Positions 39,194 to 52,065 of a stretch of 64,000 nucleotides of DNA are shown here, one piece after another. Position 1 is the stretch's first letter, and every line of letters starts with the position of its first letter. The position numbers were made by a program, and so were the translations under genes. This DNA is from Octopus sinensis (lineage: Eukaryota), in contig NC_043007.1 of the NCBI RefSeq assembly GCF_006345805.1, positions 28,148,001 through 28,212,000 of the forward strand, read 5' to 3'. The notes under the pieces were generated by a model. That model was not told where the DNA came from. It saw only the letters and a program-made list of their open reading frames with translations, and did no database searches.

Positions 39194-40077
39194 CACGTGG
39201 TCTGATCAATAAGTATCCGGACTGTTGCCATAGTAATGAAGCTAAAACACGGAAAGCAAAGCCGCTTGGCACAGATTAACCTTGAACTCTACTGTGCATG
39301 CGCACTAAGTTTTACGTTCTAGCTCACTTCCGCTGTTTACAGCAGTGCTTGGAAGGAAGGTGTGTGGCGTGTATTCGTCGCGTTGAACTTGACAGAGGAA
39401 GCTGAACAAGAATCTGCATCAAATTTTGCCAAAAGCTTTGCGATACCTGTTCAGAAGCCTACGCAAAGTTTTCAGAAAGTCTTCGTTCTCGACGCAATTA
39501 AGGAGATTTTGTGCAGCATAAACACGAGTGTCTTTTTGGCCAGATGAAAACAGTTTTGGAACAAACTTGGCAGACAGGCGTCTCATACCCAAATCTTCAG
39601 TCATAATGGACTGAACTGAATCGTAACTAACCTGCACATCCTCCGATAACTCACGGATGGTGATTCGATAATTTCCTCTCACAGCTGCATGCAAATATGT
39701 GGTGTTTTCCTCAGTTCTGCTGGTTTCAGGTCCAGAACTTTCGTCACTATCGACATTTTTTCGGCCATCTTGGAAAAGTCTGAACCACTCGTACACTTGT
39801 GTGCGACTCATACACTCCACTTTCTGTAGCTTTGCGTAGGCTTCTGAGTAGGTATCGCCATAACAACTTTCTCTGTAATGGTCAATGCGACGATCACACG
39901 CTACACACGTTACTTCGAAGCGCTGCTGTAAACAGCGGAAGTGAGCTAGAACTTAAAACTTAGTGCGCATGCACAGCAGAGATCAAGGTCAATCTACGCG
40001 AAGTGGCTTCATTCTGTGTGCTTTTTTAGTTTCATTACTGTGCCAACAGTTCGGATACTTATTGATCAGAACTGATA
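39194..40077. mobile_element. Mariner-derived fold-back element (two 5' ends head to head) with transposase N-terminal remnant
   Basis: About 290-bp inverted arms starting gtctgatcaataagtatccg, TA on both sides. Minus 39820-39470 translates MSRTQVYEWFRLFQDGR..V...SG...TSRTEEN...RITIRELSEDVQVSYDSVQSIMTEDLGMRRLSAKFVPKL (mariner HTH and WVP-like motif). Confidence 0.85.
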
Positions 40078-40106
40078 TATATCTATAATATAAATCCCGT
40101 TCTGTT

Positions 40107-40140
<34 letters not shown>

Positions 40141-40344
40141 TAAGGGCTGTATTTTTCAACTGATTTTTTCTCCAAACTGGGAACATACATTACTTATGTT
40201 CCATAGATGGTTTTAGACTCTTAAAATTTTTCACATAGCGAGTAACGGGCCCCCTGGGGCCAGAAGACACCCGTTCCTGGGTTATGTGGGGAAGAGAGGT
40301 AACTCTTCGCAAAGTAACTTTTACATCAAGTGGTCAAAAAATTA

Positions 40345-40952
40345 GCACAATCTCAATTGGCTCGAAAAAAACAACAGTTAGTAAAATTAATGAGCAGCTG
40401 CTGCTGTACCTTCCTGGAAGTCCTCACATCTGTGAGTCAGTTGATACAGTCCCAGATCCAGAAGAAGTGGTAAATTATCCAAAAGAATTTCTCAATTTTA
40501 TTGGAGCCTTCAGGACTACATCGCCACACATTGGAACCGAAAGTGGGAACTCCAGTAATGTTATTGTGGAGTTTGGATCCACCAACACTCTGCAATGGGA
40601 CACGCCTGGTGGTAAAGAAGATGATACCACATGTTATTGAGGCCACAGTTCTCTCAGGATGTGGTAACGGAGAGGATGTTTTCGTACTCAGAATTCCTCT
40701 CATTCCATTGGGAGCAGAAATTCCCTTTTCATTCAGAGGCGTGCAATTTCCTATTCGTATCGGCTTCGCAGTGTCTATCAATAAACCCTAGGGTCAAACA
40801 CTGTCTGTGATAGAACTTCACTTAGAAGAGTTATGCTTCTCACACGAGCGATTAAATATTTGGCTGCTCTAGAGTGGGAAGCCCCAAAAAATCTATTTGC
40901 ATTTGTTCTACAAAGGAAAACGAAGAATATTGTTTACCAAGAAGTTTTGTAA
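40345..40952 (+). pseudogene. Helitron Rep/Hel C-terminal Pif1-type helicase fragment
   Basis: Frameshifted translation KTTVSKINEQLL...VNYPKEFLN / EPSGLHRHTLEPKVGTPVMLLWSLDPPTLCNGTRLVVKKM.PHVIEATVLSGCG.GEDVF..RIPLIP...QFPIRIGFAVSINKP*GQTL ... KNIVYQEVL*. Confidence 0.9.
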
Positions 40953-41029
40953 GAATTACTACACCCTACGATGCGCTCTATTTCCACTGCTCTTTGTAAA
41001 TAGTGAAGATGGATACTATTTCGGAAAAA

Positions 41030-41306
41030 TACCAACAAACCTGAGCTTTTCAAAGGTTATGGTGACTGTTTGGTGGTGTACTGCTGGACTCATTCTCTAT
41101 AAATTCTTAAAACCCGGAAAAATCATAACTGCAGAAACAGATTGTCATGAAATTGCTAAAATGAACGAAAAACTGCTACCCTTCCGTCCCAGACTGGTCA
41201 ACAGAAGAAGGTCAATCATTCTTCATTACAATACTCGACCACACCATTTCACTAATGACACTCCATAAGTTGAGGGAATTTGGCTACGAAGTTCTTTCCC
41301 ACCCAG

Positions 41307-41310
<4 letters not shown>
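41030..41310 (+). pseudogene. Mariner transposase catalytic-domain fragment
   Basis: KVMVTVWWCTAGLILYKFLKPGKIITAE...RPRLVNRRRSIILHYNTRPH then (frameshift) [18 protein letters not shown], matching the mariner 'HDNARPH' and 'HPPYSPDL' regions. Confidence 0.85.
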
Positions 41311-41340
<30 letters not shown>

Positions 41341-41364
41341 AACTCAGAATGTAAAGACAGTCGA

Positions 41365-41690
<326 letters not shown>

Positions 41691-41756
41691 GTCCGTCTGT
41701 CTGTGTATCTACCCCAACGTATACAAAAAATGTAATTTTTAATACACACTCACACA

Positions 41757-41802
<46 letters not shown>

Positions 41803-42621
41803 GACATGTATATACATACATATATATATATTCATAAAGCACATTCTCTCTACGCATACATGCACATGCACAATTATACACACACGCACAAACACACACA
41901 CACACACACGAACACACGTTCTCTCTCACGTACACACATAGTCCATACAGGAAAAAACAGCTCAATATTCAATGATAAATGTATAATTATACTTCGTTTT
42001 CGCATCATTATATTCAATTATAAAACAATGGTTTTCATATGTAAGTCTTTGTTAAGATAGTCAAGTATCACTTACTACATTGAAGTGGAGTGTGAAATTT
42101 ATTTTTACATACACACGCGCGCGTCTGTAGGTTTGTGTGTGTCTGTATGTATGTGTGAATGAGCGTTCGTGTGTGTGCGGGCCTGCGCAAATATCTTTTT
42201 CTAAATTCTTTCAATTCTCGAGAGATTGTTTCTAAAAATCAAACATGAAACCGTGGAAATTATTTAACAAAATATGTAGACATTTCCATCTGAATTTAGA
42301 ATACTTGAGTATATATATATATAGACTGTCTCTATCTTTACCTGAAGACCCCAGTTCTTCGAGAGTGTTTCTGAACGCTTGTTTAGGGCCGTGGTCTTGT
42401 GGATCATTCGTTAGTCTAACAGTCATTTCGTTGAGTGCGATTCTATTATCGGGAGGCGCATTTCACATTTGTTTATTCCTTTCCCATGGAAACAAGCGCT
42501 AGTGACAGTTGGCGGCTAACCTTGTGACAGATTAGTCGTCTGTTCAAAGGACAGGAGGTTTTAGCTTAAACAGTCTTTGGCATAAAAGATTGCCTCAGTC
42601 ATTACAGGTACAAATGTAAAG

Positions 42622-43205
42622 CGGCGAGCTGGCAGAAACGTTAGCACGCCGGGCGAAATGCTTAGTGGTATTTCGTCTGCCGCTACGTTCTGAGTTCAAA
42701 TTCCGCCGAGATCGATTTTACCTTTCATCCCTTCAGGGTCGATTAAATAAGTACCAGTCACGCACTGGAGTCGATGTAATCGACTTAATCCGTTTGTTCT
42801 CTCTATGTTTAGCCCCTTGTGGGTAGTAGAGAAATAGGTATTTCGTCTGTCATTACGCTGTGAGTTCAAATTCCACCGAGGTCGACTTTGGTTTTCATCC
42901 TTTCGGGGTCGATAAATTAAGTACTTGTTGCGTACGGGGGTCGATCTAATCGACTCAATCCGTTTGTCTGTCCTTGTTTGTACCCTTGTGGGCAGTAAAG
43001 GAAAAAGAAACGTCAGCACACCGGACGAATTGCTTAGTGGTATTTCGTCTGTCATTACGCTCTGAGTTCAAATTCCGCAGAGGTCGACTTTGGCTTTCAT
43101 CCTTTCGGGGTCGATAAATTAAGTACCAGTTGCGTACTGGGGGGTCGATCTAATCGACTGACCCCTTCCCCTAAAATTTCAGGCCTTGTGCCTAGAGTAG
43201 AAATG
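42622..43205 (+). mobile_element. SINE family B tandem array (about three units)
   Basis: Three gagttcaaattcc...gtcgactttg...tttcatcc cores at ~42690, ~42860 and ~43065. Confidence 0.9.
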
Positions 43206-43624
43206 ATTATAGGTACAAATGTAGATTTTATAATAGAAATACAGATACAGGTTTCGAAGTAGTTGACCATAAATATTCTGTTCTCAATAAGTTCAAATGA
43301 AATGGCGATGCACGCTGGACAGTTGACCGCCACCAAAGTACGTAATTTTATTGTAATCAAGAAGAATTTTACCTTGTTTGGAATGCATTTAGACGAAGTT
43401 TTGAGGGGAATATTCTTCATGTTTCTTCAAGAAGAAATGTATTAAAATAAATGCAACAGAAATAATTCGTGTTTTTGTATAAGAATATTCTGTTCGGCGG
43501 AAGACATTCTGTATTGTTCCGTGAACAGCATCATACCGCATGGGAAGACTAGCTTGATATCTTTCGGAAGTTGTTCATGTGGGAAATTTTCCATTGATAG
43601 GAGACATAATGAAAGATGCTACCG

Positions 43625-44275
43625 ACCATCCATCCATCGACCGATCCCTCGCTCCCTCCATCCATTCAGCCATCCCTCCCTCCCTCCCTTCTTCCTTTCT
43701 TCTCACCATCCTTCCACCCATCCACCCACCCACACACCCATCATCCATCCATCCATCCATCCATCCACACACCCATCCATCCATCCATCCATCCATCCAT
43801 CCATCCATCCATCCATCCATCCATCCACACACCCATCCATCCATCCATCCATCCACTCATCCATCCATCCATCCATCCACCCATCCACCCACCCATCCAT
43901 CCATCCATCCAACCATCCATCCATCCATCCATCCATCCATCCACCCATCCATCTATCCATCCATCCATCCACCCATCCACACACCCACTCATCATCCATC
44001 CACCCATCCATCCATCCATCCATCCATCCATCCATCCATCCATCCACCCATCCATCCACCCATCCATCCATCCATCCATCCACACATCCGTCTTTCCGTC
44101 CCTCCGTCCCTCGCTCCATCCATCCTTCCGTCCATCCACCTTTCCAGTCCTTGAAAAAAACTATCCATCCATCCATCCATCCCTTTCTCGCTCGCTCCCT
44201 TCCCCTTCTTCACTCCCACCTCGTTCGCTCTCTCCCTCCCTCCCTCCCTCCCTCCATCCATCCATCTAACCACCC
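43625..44275. repeat. (CATC)n/(CCCT)n microsatellite
   Basis: Direct reading; source of the SIHP/MDGW ORFs. Confidence 0.95.
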
Positions 44276-44490
44276 AACCCTACTCTACTCTTCCGCTTAC
44301 TGAATGCATTTGTCGGGTGAGTATCAGCTGGTTAATTTCTCTTCAGGAAAACCTGGCCTTCCCAAATTATCGCCAAGAACTTTACTCACAAAATCAAGTG
44401 CGCTCATTATTATTGATAATATACATGAGTTCGTAATCGAGGTTTACAAAAAGAAAGTTTTGAAACAGTAGTTATCTTCTTTCTCCTTGA

Positions 44491-44610
44491 TTGGCAGAAG
44501 TGTGTAGACTCCCAACGCGAATACTTTGAAGGAGACTAAGTCAAATTGGTGAGGTTTTTTAAATATTGATTTTTGGCCAAAGGTCGGATACTTTATGACT
44601 ACACCTCATG
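44491..44610 (+). mobile_element. Mariner 3' end (transposase C-terminus + right TIR)
   Basis: tggcagaagtgtgtagactcccaacgcgaatactttgaaggagactaa = WQKCVDSQREYFEGD*, then ggtcggatactttatgactacacctcatg-TA. Confidence 0.8.
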
Positions 44611-45151
44611 TATGCACGTATTTTCTCTGGAACCAATTATTTAATCTCCCCAAAATATCATGTCTTCGTAGTTAAAGAGATTGATAGTATCTTTTGTTCG
44701 ATAATAGCAATCCCTTGCTCTGGGAGTGCATAAACAAGTCCTTCAGAATAGGATACGACATAATGGTTAAGAGTCCAAGAGAGAATATACTTTCTGTCGA
44801 GAGTAACTTGGTGCGCAGTTATACTGATTGTTCCTCTTCGAGGGCTCTGGTGAACTTCGTTCGTTCAGGCAGTAGTTGAATAGATGAACTCATAAGATGT
44901 ACTTTTAAAACGCTTTCGTTTCGGAGAGTTGATTGTGTCCGTGATCTTTTTACGGTGCCTCGAGGACTGATGGACACGAGGAAGCAAAGATCCTCAAATC
45001 GATGACTTGAATGTTGTCTACAGAATAGAATTTATTAAACGCAAGATGCCAAGTGATGGTGCTAAATCGAGCGACGTAATAAATCGATTACTAAAGTAGA
45101 CGGATTTACATTAACAAGGGTCGTACATGGTATTGACGTTCCTCATTGTAA

Positions 45152-45625
45152 CCTATTTCTTTACTACCCACAAGGGGCTAAACATAGAGGGGACAAACAA
45201 GGACAGACATAGGTATTAAGTCGATTACATCGATCCCAGTGCGTAACTGGTACTTAATTTATCGACCCCGAAAGGATGAAAGGCAAAGTCGACCTCGGCG
45301 GAATTTGAACTCAGAACGTAACGGCAGACGAAATACCTATTTCTTTATTACCCACAAGGGGCTACACATACAGGGGACAAACAAGGACAGGCATAGGTAT
45401 TAAGTCGATTACATCGACTCCAGTGCGTAACTGGTACTTAATTTATCGACACCGAAAGGATGAAAGGCAAAGTCGACCTCGGCGGAATTTGAACTCACAA
45501 CGTAACGCAGACGAAATACCGCTAAGCATTTCACCCGGCGTGCTAACGTTTCTGCCAGCTCGCCGCCAGACAAAATACCGCTAAGCATTTCGTACGGCGT
45601 GCTAACGATTCTGCCAGCTCGCCTG
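45152..45625 (-). mobile_element. SINE family B dimer plus duplicated head
   Basis: Two ~180-bp units (45152-45335, 45336-45565) with the same junction as at 13601. Confidence 0.9.
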
Positions 45626-46441
45626 CCAAAACTGATTCAATAACTCATCTCAGGACCAACAAAATGTAAAGGTGATAAACTGGTCATCTTCAGAGACTTG
45701 AAGGACGAGCCTAAGAACTATAAGCTGATGCAGAACTCTTTCTATGAAACAATGATGATAAACATCTTTCGTTTCAAAAAACATTTTCTCCATACGCGGT
45801 TGCAAAGAATGAATATTTCCTTTAGCGAAATTTCGACTCCTCTATCATATCAGCGGAAAATATTTATTAAATCCAGCTGTTTTTCAGATTTGTAAATAAT
45901 TCTAGTGAATATCTTAAAATCGTCAACAAAGGAATAATGGAGATAGTATGGATGCAGACAAAAACAATTTTTAAAGAGTGTATCCACTTGATAATTATTT
46001 TTATGTTTCTCATTCATGTAAACGGTTTGTGTATTGTGTATGCATGAATGCTTTGCTTAACATGTGTAGTTTTCTTTTTCTATCTTCAAGACTAGATTCA
46101 TACTCAAATAAAATTGGAATTGAAATAGTATTTTATTTAACTTAATTGTTGCAGAAGTACGTACATACATACATACGCACATACATACATACATACATAC
46201 ATGCATACATACATACATACATACATACATACATGCATACATACATACATACATATATACATACATACATACATACGTACATACAAATATACATACACAC
46301 ATATATATGTGTATATGCATGTATGTATACATTATGCATGTATATATATGTATGTATATGATGTATATATATGTGTTTGCGTGTGTGTAAATATTTATCT
46401 CTCTATATACATACACACACATACATATATATATATACGTG

Positions 46442-46472
<31 letters not shown>

Positions 46473-46928
46473 ATACATGCATAGTATACATATATATATG
46501 TATATATATGCATATATATAAACATGTATATGTATGTATGTATATGTATATATATGTATATGGTATATATGTACATGTGTATGTAAATATCTATCTATAC
46601 ATACATACATACACACATACATACATACACACACACATATATACATACATGCATACACACACATACATACATACATACATAAATACATACATACATACAT
46701 ACATGCATATATAGATGCTACTATGCATGTGTACAAGTGTAAAACCAATTATTTAAATTCTAAAAATATGTGGAGAGTAAATACTTTGAAATACCCTACC
46801 TCTCTTAATTCATCTGCCTCTCTGTTTTCTTCTTATCATGTTCGTATGTATGTATGTTTGTATGTATGTATGTATGTATTTATTTATTTATGTATGTGTG
46901 TATGTATGCTTGTGTGTATGTATGTATG

Positions 46929-46962
<34 letters not shown>

Positions 46963-46968
46963 TGTATG

Positions 46969-47015
<47 letters not shown>

Positions 47016-47018
<3 letters not shown>

Positions 47019-47570
47019 GTGGCTATGGCGAAAGAATGTATCTGGTGGACGCGCCTGAAAGGATTAGAGACAAACACTTTCCTCTCTGGTCAATCTCTCA
47101 TCAACTTCTTCAAGTATCACTTGAAGAGGAAAGTGATAGTAGAGAGGCAAGTTTTGTCTAGTGAATGTTTTAAAAAAAGATGGGTGAATGTAGCAAGGAT
47201 GGCACGTATGAATGACGAAGCCACCTTGACTATGATTCTATGAACCGTAAAAATTAATACAGAGAGTTGCTTATTTAACAAAAAAAATAACATGTGACTT
47301 CATTGACCGAGGTTACCGTGGTCTTTTCCGTAGGCTTTTCTTTCCACGGGTAAACCTCACCTGTCCTCCCCTTTACACTTTATATTGACATTTCTGTGTT
47401 AACGATCCCTATTGATCGATTTTTTTCCTTTTCCATTTATTTTCTATCCCACCCCCTTTTTTTGTCCTCTTTCTTCCCTTTTACGATCCCTTTTGATCGA
47501 AAACGAAAAGAAAAGCTCTACCTTGTAATTTGTCCTGTCTGTGTGCAGCCCTGTGTGGCTAATAAAGAAA
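47016..47570 (+). mobile_element. 3' end of an L1/Tx1-type LINE (ORF2 C-terminus + 3' UTR)
   Basis: LVAMAKECIWWTRLKGL...LINFFKYHLKRKVIVERQVLSSECFKKRW...* (stop 47241-47243), pyrimidine-rich UTR with hairpin ggttaccgtgg..ccacgggtaaacc, ending AATAAAGAAA. Family assignment is by resemblance. Confidence 0.6.
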
Positions 47571-48064
47571 CATATCTATCTATCAAACTGTGGATCTATC
47601 TATCTTCATGATTAGTTTCATCCTAGATCTCACCAGATCTCACCAGATTCCGTGCACACAGCTTATGTGCATATTGACACCACACATTGCATGAGACTTA
47701 TCGTAATTAATACAAAAACAACAACAACAAAAAAACAGCAGCTACTGCTCTTATGCCTCCATTCACCTGTTGAAGAAATGGCCACAGCGTTTTAATTGTC
47801 CGTTCCATATTCTCTCATTGTGATCTTGTTTTCATAGCAGAGCTAAACAACCTTCCAAAATCTTGATATTGTCTCACAGAATATTTCAGGTCTAATTGTC
47901 TCTCTACCATTATTCTCTAAGATAGACATTTTGGTGCTTATCAGGGTTCTCAAAATCGTTATTTCCATATAGATGTGTGGACTTTCAAATTTCTGTAAGC
48001 AAATTCTCAAAAATGGACCTGCATCTTAGAGATTATGCCATCGGAGAGGTCTCTTACTTTTCAA

Positions 48065-48120
48065 ATAATAACGGTGATAATAATAATAATAATAATCTAA
48101 TAATAATAATAATAATAATG

Positions 48121-48157
<37 letters not shown>

Positions 48158-48182
48158 TGATAATGATAATATAATAATAATA

Positions 48183-48263
<81 letters not shown>

Positions 48264-48289
48264 AAAATAATAATAATAATATAATAATG

Positions 48290-48323
<34 letters not shown>

Positions 48324-48339
48324 TGATAATGATAATATA

Positions 48340-48393
<54 letters not shown>

Positions 48394-48395
48394 TA

Positions 48396-48430
<35 letters not shown>

Positions 48431-48500
48431 AACAATAATAATAATAATAATAATAATGATATAATAATAATAATAATAATAATAATATAATAATAATAAT
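48065..48500. repeat. (AAT)n microsatellite
   Basis: Direct reading of the sequence. Confidence 0.95.
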
Positions 48501-48501
48501 A

Positions 48502-49000
48502 AGTGTTATCATGTACATTGTTTTGTCTTGGTATAAAAGATGGGCTACAGCAAATATTCTGCTCAATACCACAGATTTGCTTGTCAGTTGTTTGACCTTA
48601 ACCAGTTGAACATGTCCCTTAGTGGCTGACGATATGTGCATCTCTGATCACGAGCAGAAGTAGTGGGGGAGCATCATAGCCATGTGTTGAGAGGGATTCT
48701 TTGGGGTTTGAATAATTCACCTCTGGAAACATGGGTGGTTCTTTCAACATCCTTAAACAACCCTTATTCAGGGACCGTTTGAGCGGGATGGGTTACTCAA
48801 CCTGAAGAAAATTCTAACTGGGCCCCACCTGCAAGGTCATGTGCTGTTTATCTTGATATGAGATCACCATGTCGCGCACATATGGCTGTGATGCATGTGC
48901 CTGGTGTACCTTTATCAGACGGGTAGTCATGATGGGTATATTGGGCTTCGTATATTTTACCCCAGTGTCACTTTGATGGCATGAACTGCTCTCTCACTCA
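48502..49000 (+). mobile_element. About 500-bp unclassified insertion embedded in (AAT)n, probably a non-LTR 3' end
   Basis: A sharply bounded, GC-richer block flanked on both sides by (AAT)n, ending ctctctcactc-(AAT)n. No ORF recognised. Confidence 0.45.
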
Positions 49001-49021
49001 ATAATAATAATAATAATAATA

Positions 49022-49089
<68 letters not shown>

Positions 49090-49739
49090 CTCGCAATAAA
49101 ACTAATAAAACAATGTCGTTGTTTAAAGACTTTATTTTAAAATTTAATCAATTTTATTTTTAAATTTAATTTAAATTTTTTATATTCTGTTTTCTTTCTC
49201 TTTTTACTGTTTTTAATTCATTTTAATCTTCTTTTTATTTGTTAATTATTTTCTCCGTCTAAGGCTGAAAAAAAAAATATAAATTTCCTTTTCTTCACTA
49301 GAACATGAATATATAACAAATGTATAAACATGTTGAAATTAATCGTAAAAGGACACGAAGAAAAGGCATGGAAAACAAAGTTTTGGAAAAAAATTTAAAA
49401 TTTATTAATGAAACACCTAACGTGGTAGCGTTTAAATAAAAATGAGAAGATCAAAGGCTTTCGTTAGTAGTTGTGGCTGTTGTTCTTGTTGCGGTAACAG
49501 TGGAGGTGGTATTGGTGGTGGTGGTGGTAGTTGGGGGTGGTTGGTGATGTATTTATTGTGGTCGATGATGATCTTGTTGCGGTAATTGTAGTAGTGGTGG
49601 TAGTGGTGGTGGTGTTGGTGGTAGTTGGTGGTGGTTGGTGATGTTCTTGTGGTGGTTGAGGTCATTGTTGTTGTTGTTTTTATTTGCTGTTGGTTTCTGT
49701 TTTATTTTATCTTTGATTTATTTATATTCGGTACGTTTG

Positions 49740-50580
49740 AAAGAGAGAGAGAGAGATAGAGAGAGAGGGAGAGAGAGACAGTGAGAGAGATAGATAAAGA
49801 TAGAAGGATAGATAAGTAGATAGAGAGAGATAGATAAAGATAGAAGGATAGATAAGTAGATAGAGAGAGAGTGTGGGAGATAGCCTGAGAATCAGAGAGA
49901 TATAGAGAGACACATAAAGAGAGTGAGAGATAGAGACAGAGAGGGGCAGAGAGAGAGAGAGACGGGGAGAGAGAAAAGAGGAGAGGCAGATAGAGACAGA
50001 GACAAGGAGGGTGTGTGAGAAAGAGAGAGAGAGAGAGGGAAAAGGAGAGAGAGAACGGGAGAGACAATGAGAAAGAAAGAGATATATAGAGAAAGCTAGA
50101 GAGACTGAGAAAGAAAGAGAATGTGAGACAGAAAAAGAGAGAGAACGAGAAAGAGAGACAGAGAAAGAGGGAGACAGAGAGAAAAATCGACAAAGCGAGA
50201 GAGAGAGAGAGAGAGTGAGTAAGTGAGTGAGAGGGAAAGGAGAGAGAGAGCGAGAGAGACTGAGTGATAGATACAAAGGAGAAAGAAAAAGAATGAGAAA
50301 GAGTAAGAGAGAGAGAGAGAGGGAGAGAATGAGCAATAGATACAAAGGAGAGAGAGATAAAGAGAGACAGAGAAAGAGGAAGACAGAGAGAAAACTCGAC
50401 AGAGTAAGAGAGTTAGTTAGTTAAGAGAGGGAGGGAGTGAGAGGGAAAGGAGAGAGAGAGCGAGAGAGTCTGAGTGATAGATACAAAGGAGAGAGAGAGG
50501 GAAAGGAGAGAGAGACTGACCAATAGATACAAAGAAGAGAGATAAAGAGAGAGAGAGGGAAAGAAAGAAAGAAATAAACA
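49740..50580. repeat. (GA)n-rich polypurine tract with internal duplications
   Basis: Direct reading of the sequence. Confidence 0.9.
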
Positions 50581-51141
50581 CAAAGAGAAAAATAAAACAA
50601 AGACAATTTTATTTGCAGAAAAAGTTAGAATGGCGTTGATCTTAAGATTAGAAAATACACGAGAGAAGATGGTTAAGAAGCAGGAACGATAGAAAGAATA
50701 AAAAAACGAAACAGGGGTCGGGGAGGGACGATGGACGTGGAGTGAGTATGAGTATGCATTCGGGGTGGAGGGGAAAGAAAGATGGGTGGACGTTATATTC
50801 TTTAAATATTTTTTTTCTTCTGGTCTGCTGCGTTTCTGAACATTTTTATATATATAATTGCAAGTATATATCATATAGGATTTAGTAGGCGGTAAGCTGC
50901 TTGGCTATCAAACCAGAGACTGGCAGTTCGAATTCCTCGAACGAGAACCAGATTGTGTTTCTGCTGTCAAGATACTGTCAAAGATAATAGATCTGAATAG
51001 AGATTTCGTACAATTAAAAAAATGCAATAAAGGTAAAAAAAAACAAAAAAAAACAATTTTATACAATTGTATAACAATTATACAATGAAGAAGAGCCCTG
51101 CTAGAAAAAAAAGGAAGAAAAGCCAAATGTCCCTCATTAAA

Positions 51142-51312
51142 GTTATTTCTTTACTACCCACAAGGGGCGAAACACAGAGAGGACAAACAAGGACAGACAA
51201 ACGGACTAAGTCGATTATATCGACCCCAGTGCGTAACTGGTACTTAATTTATCGACTCCGAAAGGATGAAAGGCAAAGTCGACCTCGGCGGAATTTGAAC
51301 TCAGAATGTAAC
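51142..51312 (-). mobile_element. SINE family B, headless
   Basis: ttctttactacccacaaggggc...ggatgaaaggcaaagtcgacctcggcggaatttgaactcagaa. Confidence 0.9.
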
Positions 51313-51873
51313 GCCCCTCATTAAAGTTATACTGGTTAATGTAGATTAAATACGATTTGAAAACTTTTGGGGATGGTCATGTCTGAAATGCATTTGATCA
51401 TGGGCTGACTCAGTCAAGTTGACTCGCAGCCAAACAATTAAAACAACACAACAATATATAGCTGTAAGCAGAGGCAACAATATAAAAATGACGAGTGTTT
51501 TGCTAAATGTCAGTACTAAGATGTACTCCTCCTTCCGGCGGTAATGCTGGAGTGAAATGGCCCCTACTAGGAATGATTAAACCTCGATAAACTACAGGAA
51601 CACGAAGTATTTAGGAATTCTCCAACCAGCAAAACGGTTTTGGGGTTCGCTATGGGATCCATGGGGACGGCACTTAACTCCGGTTCAAGTGGATGAGAGA
51701 TTGATCTCCTACAGGATAGGGCGCTAGTCAATAATTCATAACTTTTCCTAAACACGGGATAAAATTAGTTTACTAGTGTGGCATACATCCTCTACATTGG
51801 GCTCATATAGACATATACATATACACATACATACGTATATATATATACACATACATACATACACACGCATATA

Positions 51874-51909
<36 letters not shown>

Positions 51910-51954
51910 CACACACAAACACACACATATATATATACAGTTGAAACTTACAGA

Positions 51955-52065
51955 GAAACAAAAGATGAAGACAGGTGTATGAACAACAAGCAAGTGTATT
52001 AGGTTGACGCTCGGAAAGTGTAAAAGTCTTTTACGTTTCGAGCCTATGCTCTTCAGCATAGGAAA
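51955..52065 (-). repeat. Relative of the GAAGA-type hammerhead family, core rearranged
   Basis: Minus strand ctgaagagcataggctcgaaacgtaaaagac...tttccgagcgtc. Confidence 0.55.

Noticed and set aside
42622-43205. Regularly spaced direct repeats resembling a CRISPR array (also 13367-13785, 45152-45625)
   Set aside because: The units are ~180-230-bp SINE monomers with conserved interiors, not short repeats with unique spacers; there are no cas genes and the context is eukaryotic.
44690-45010. Long nearly open minus-strand frames
   Set aside because: They contain internal stops and resemble no protein family I recognise.
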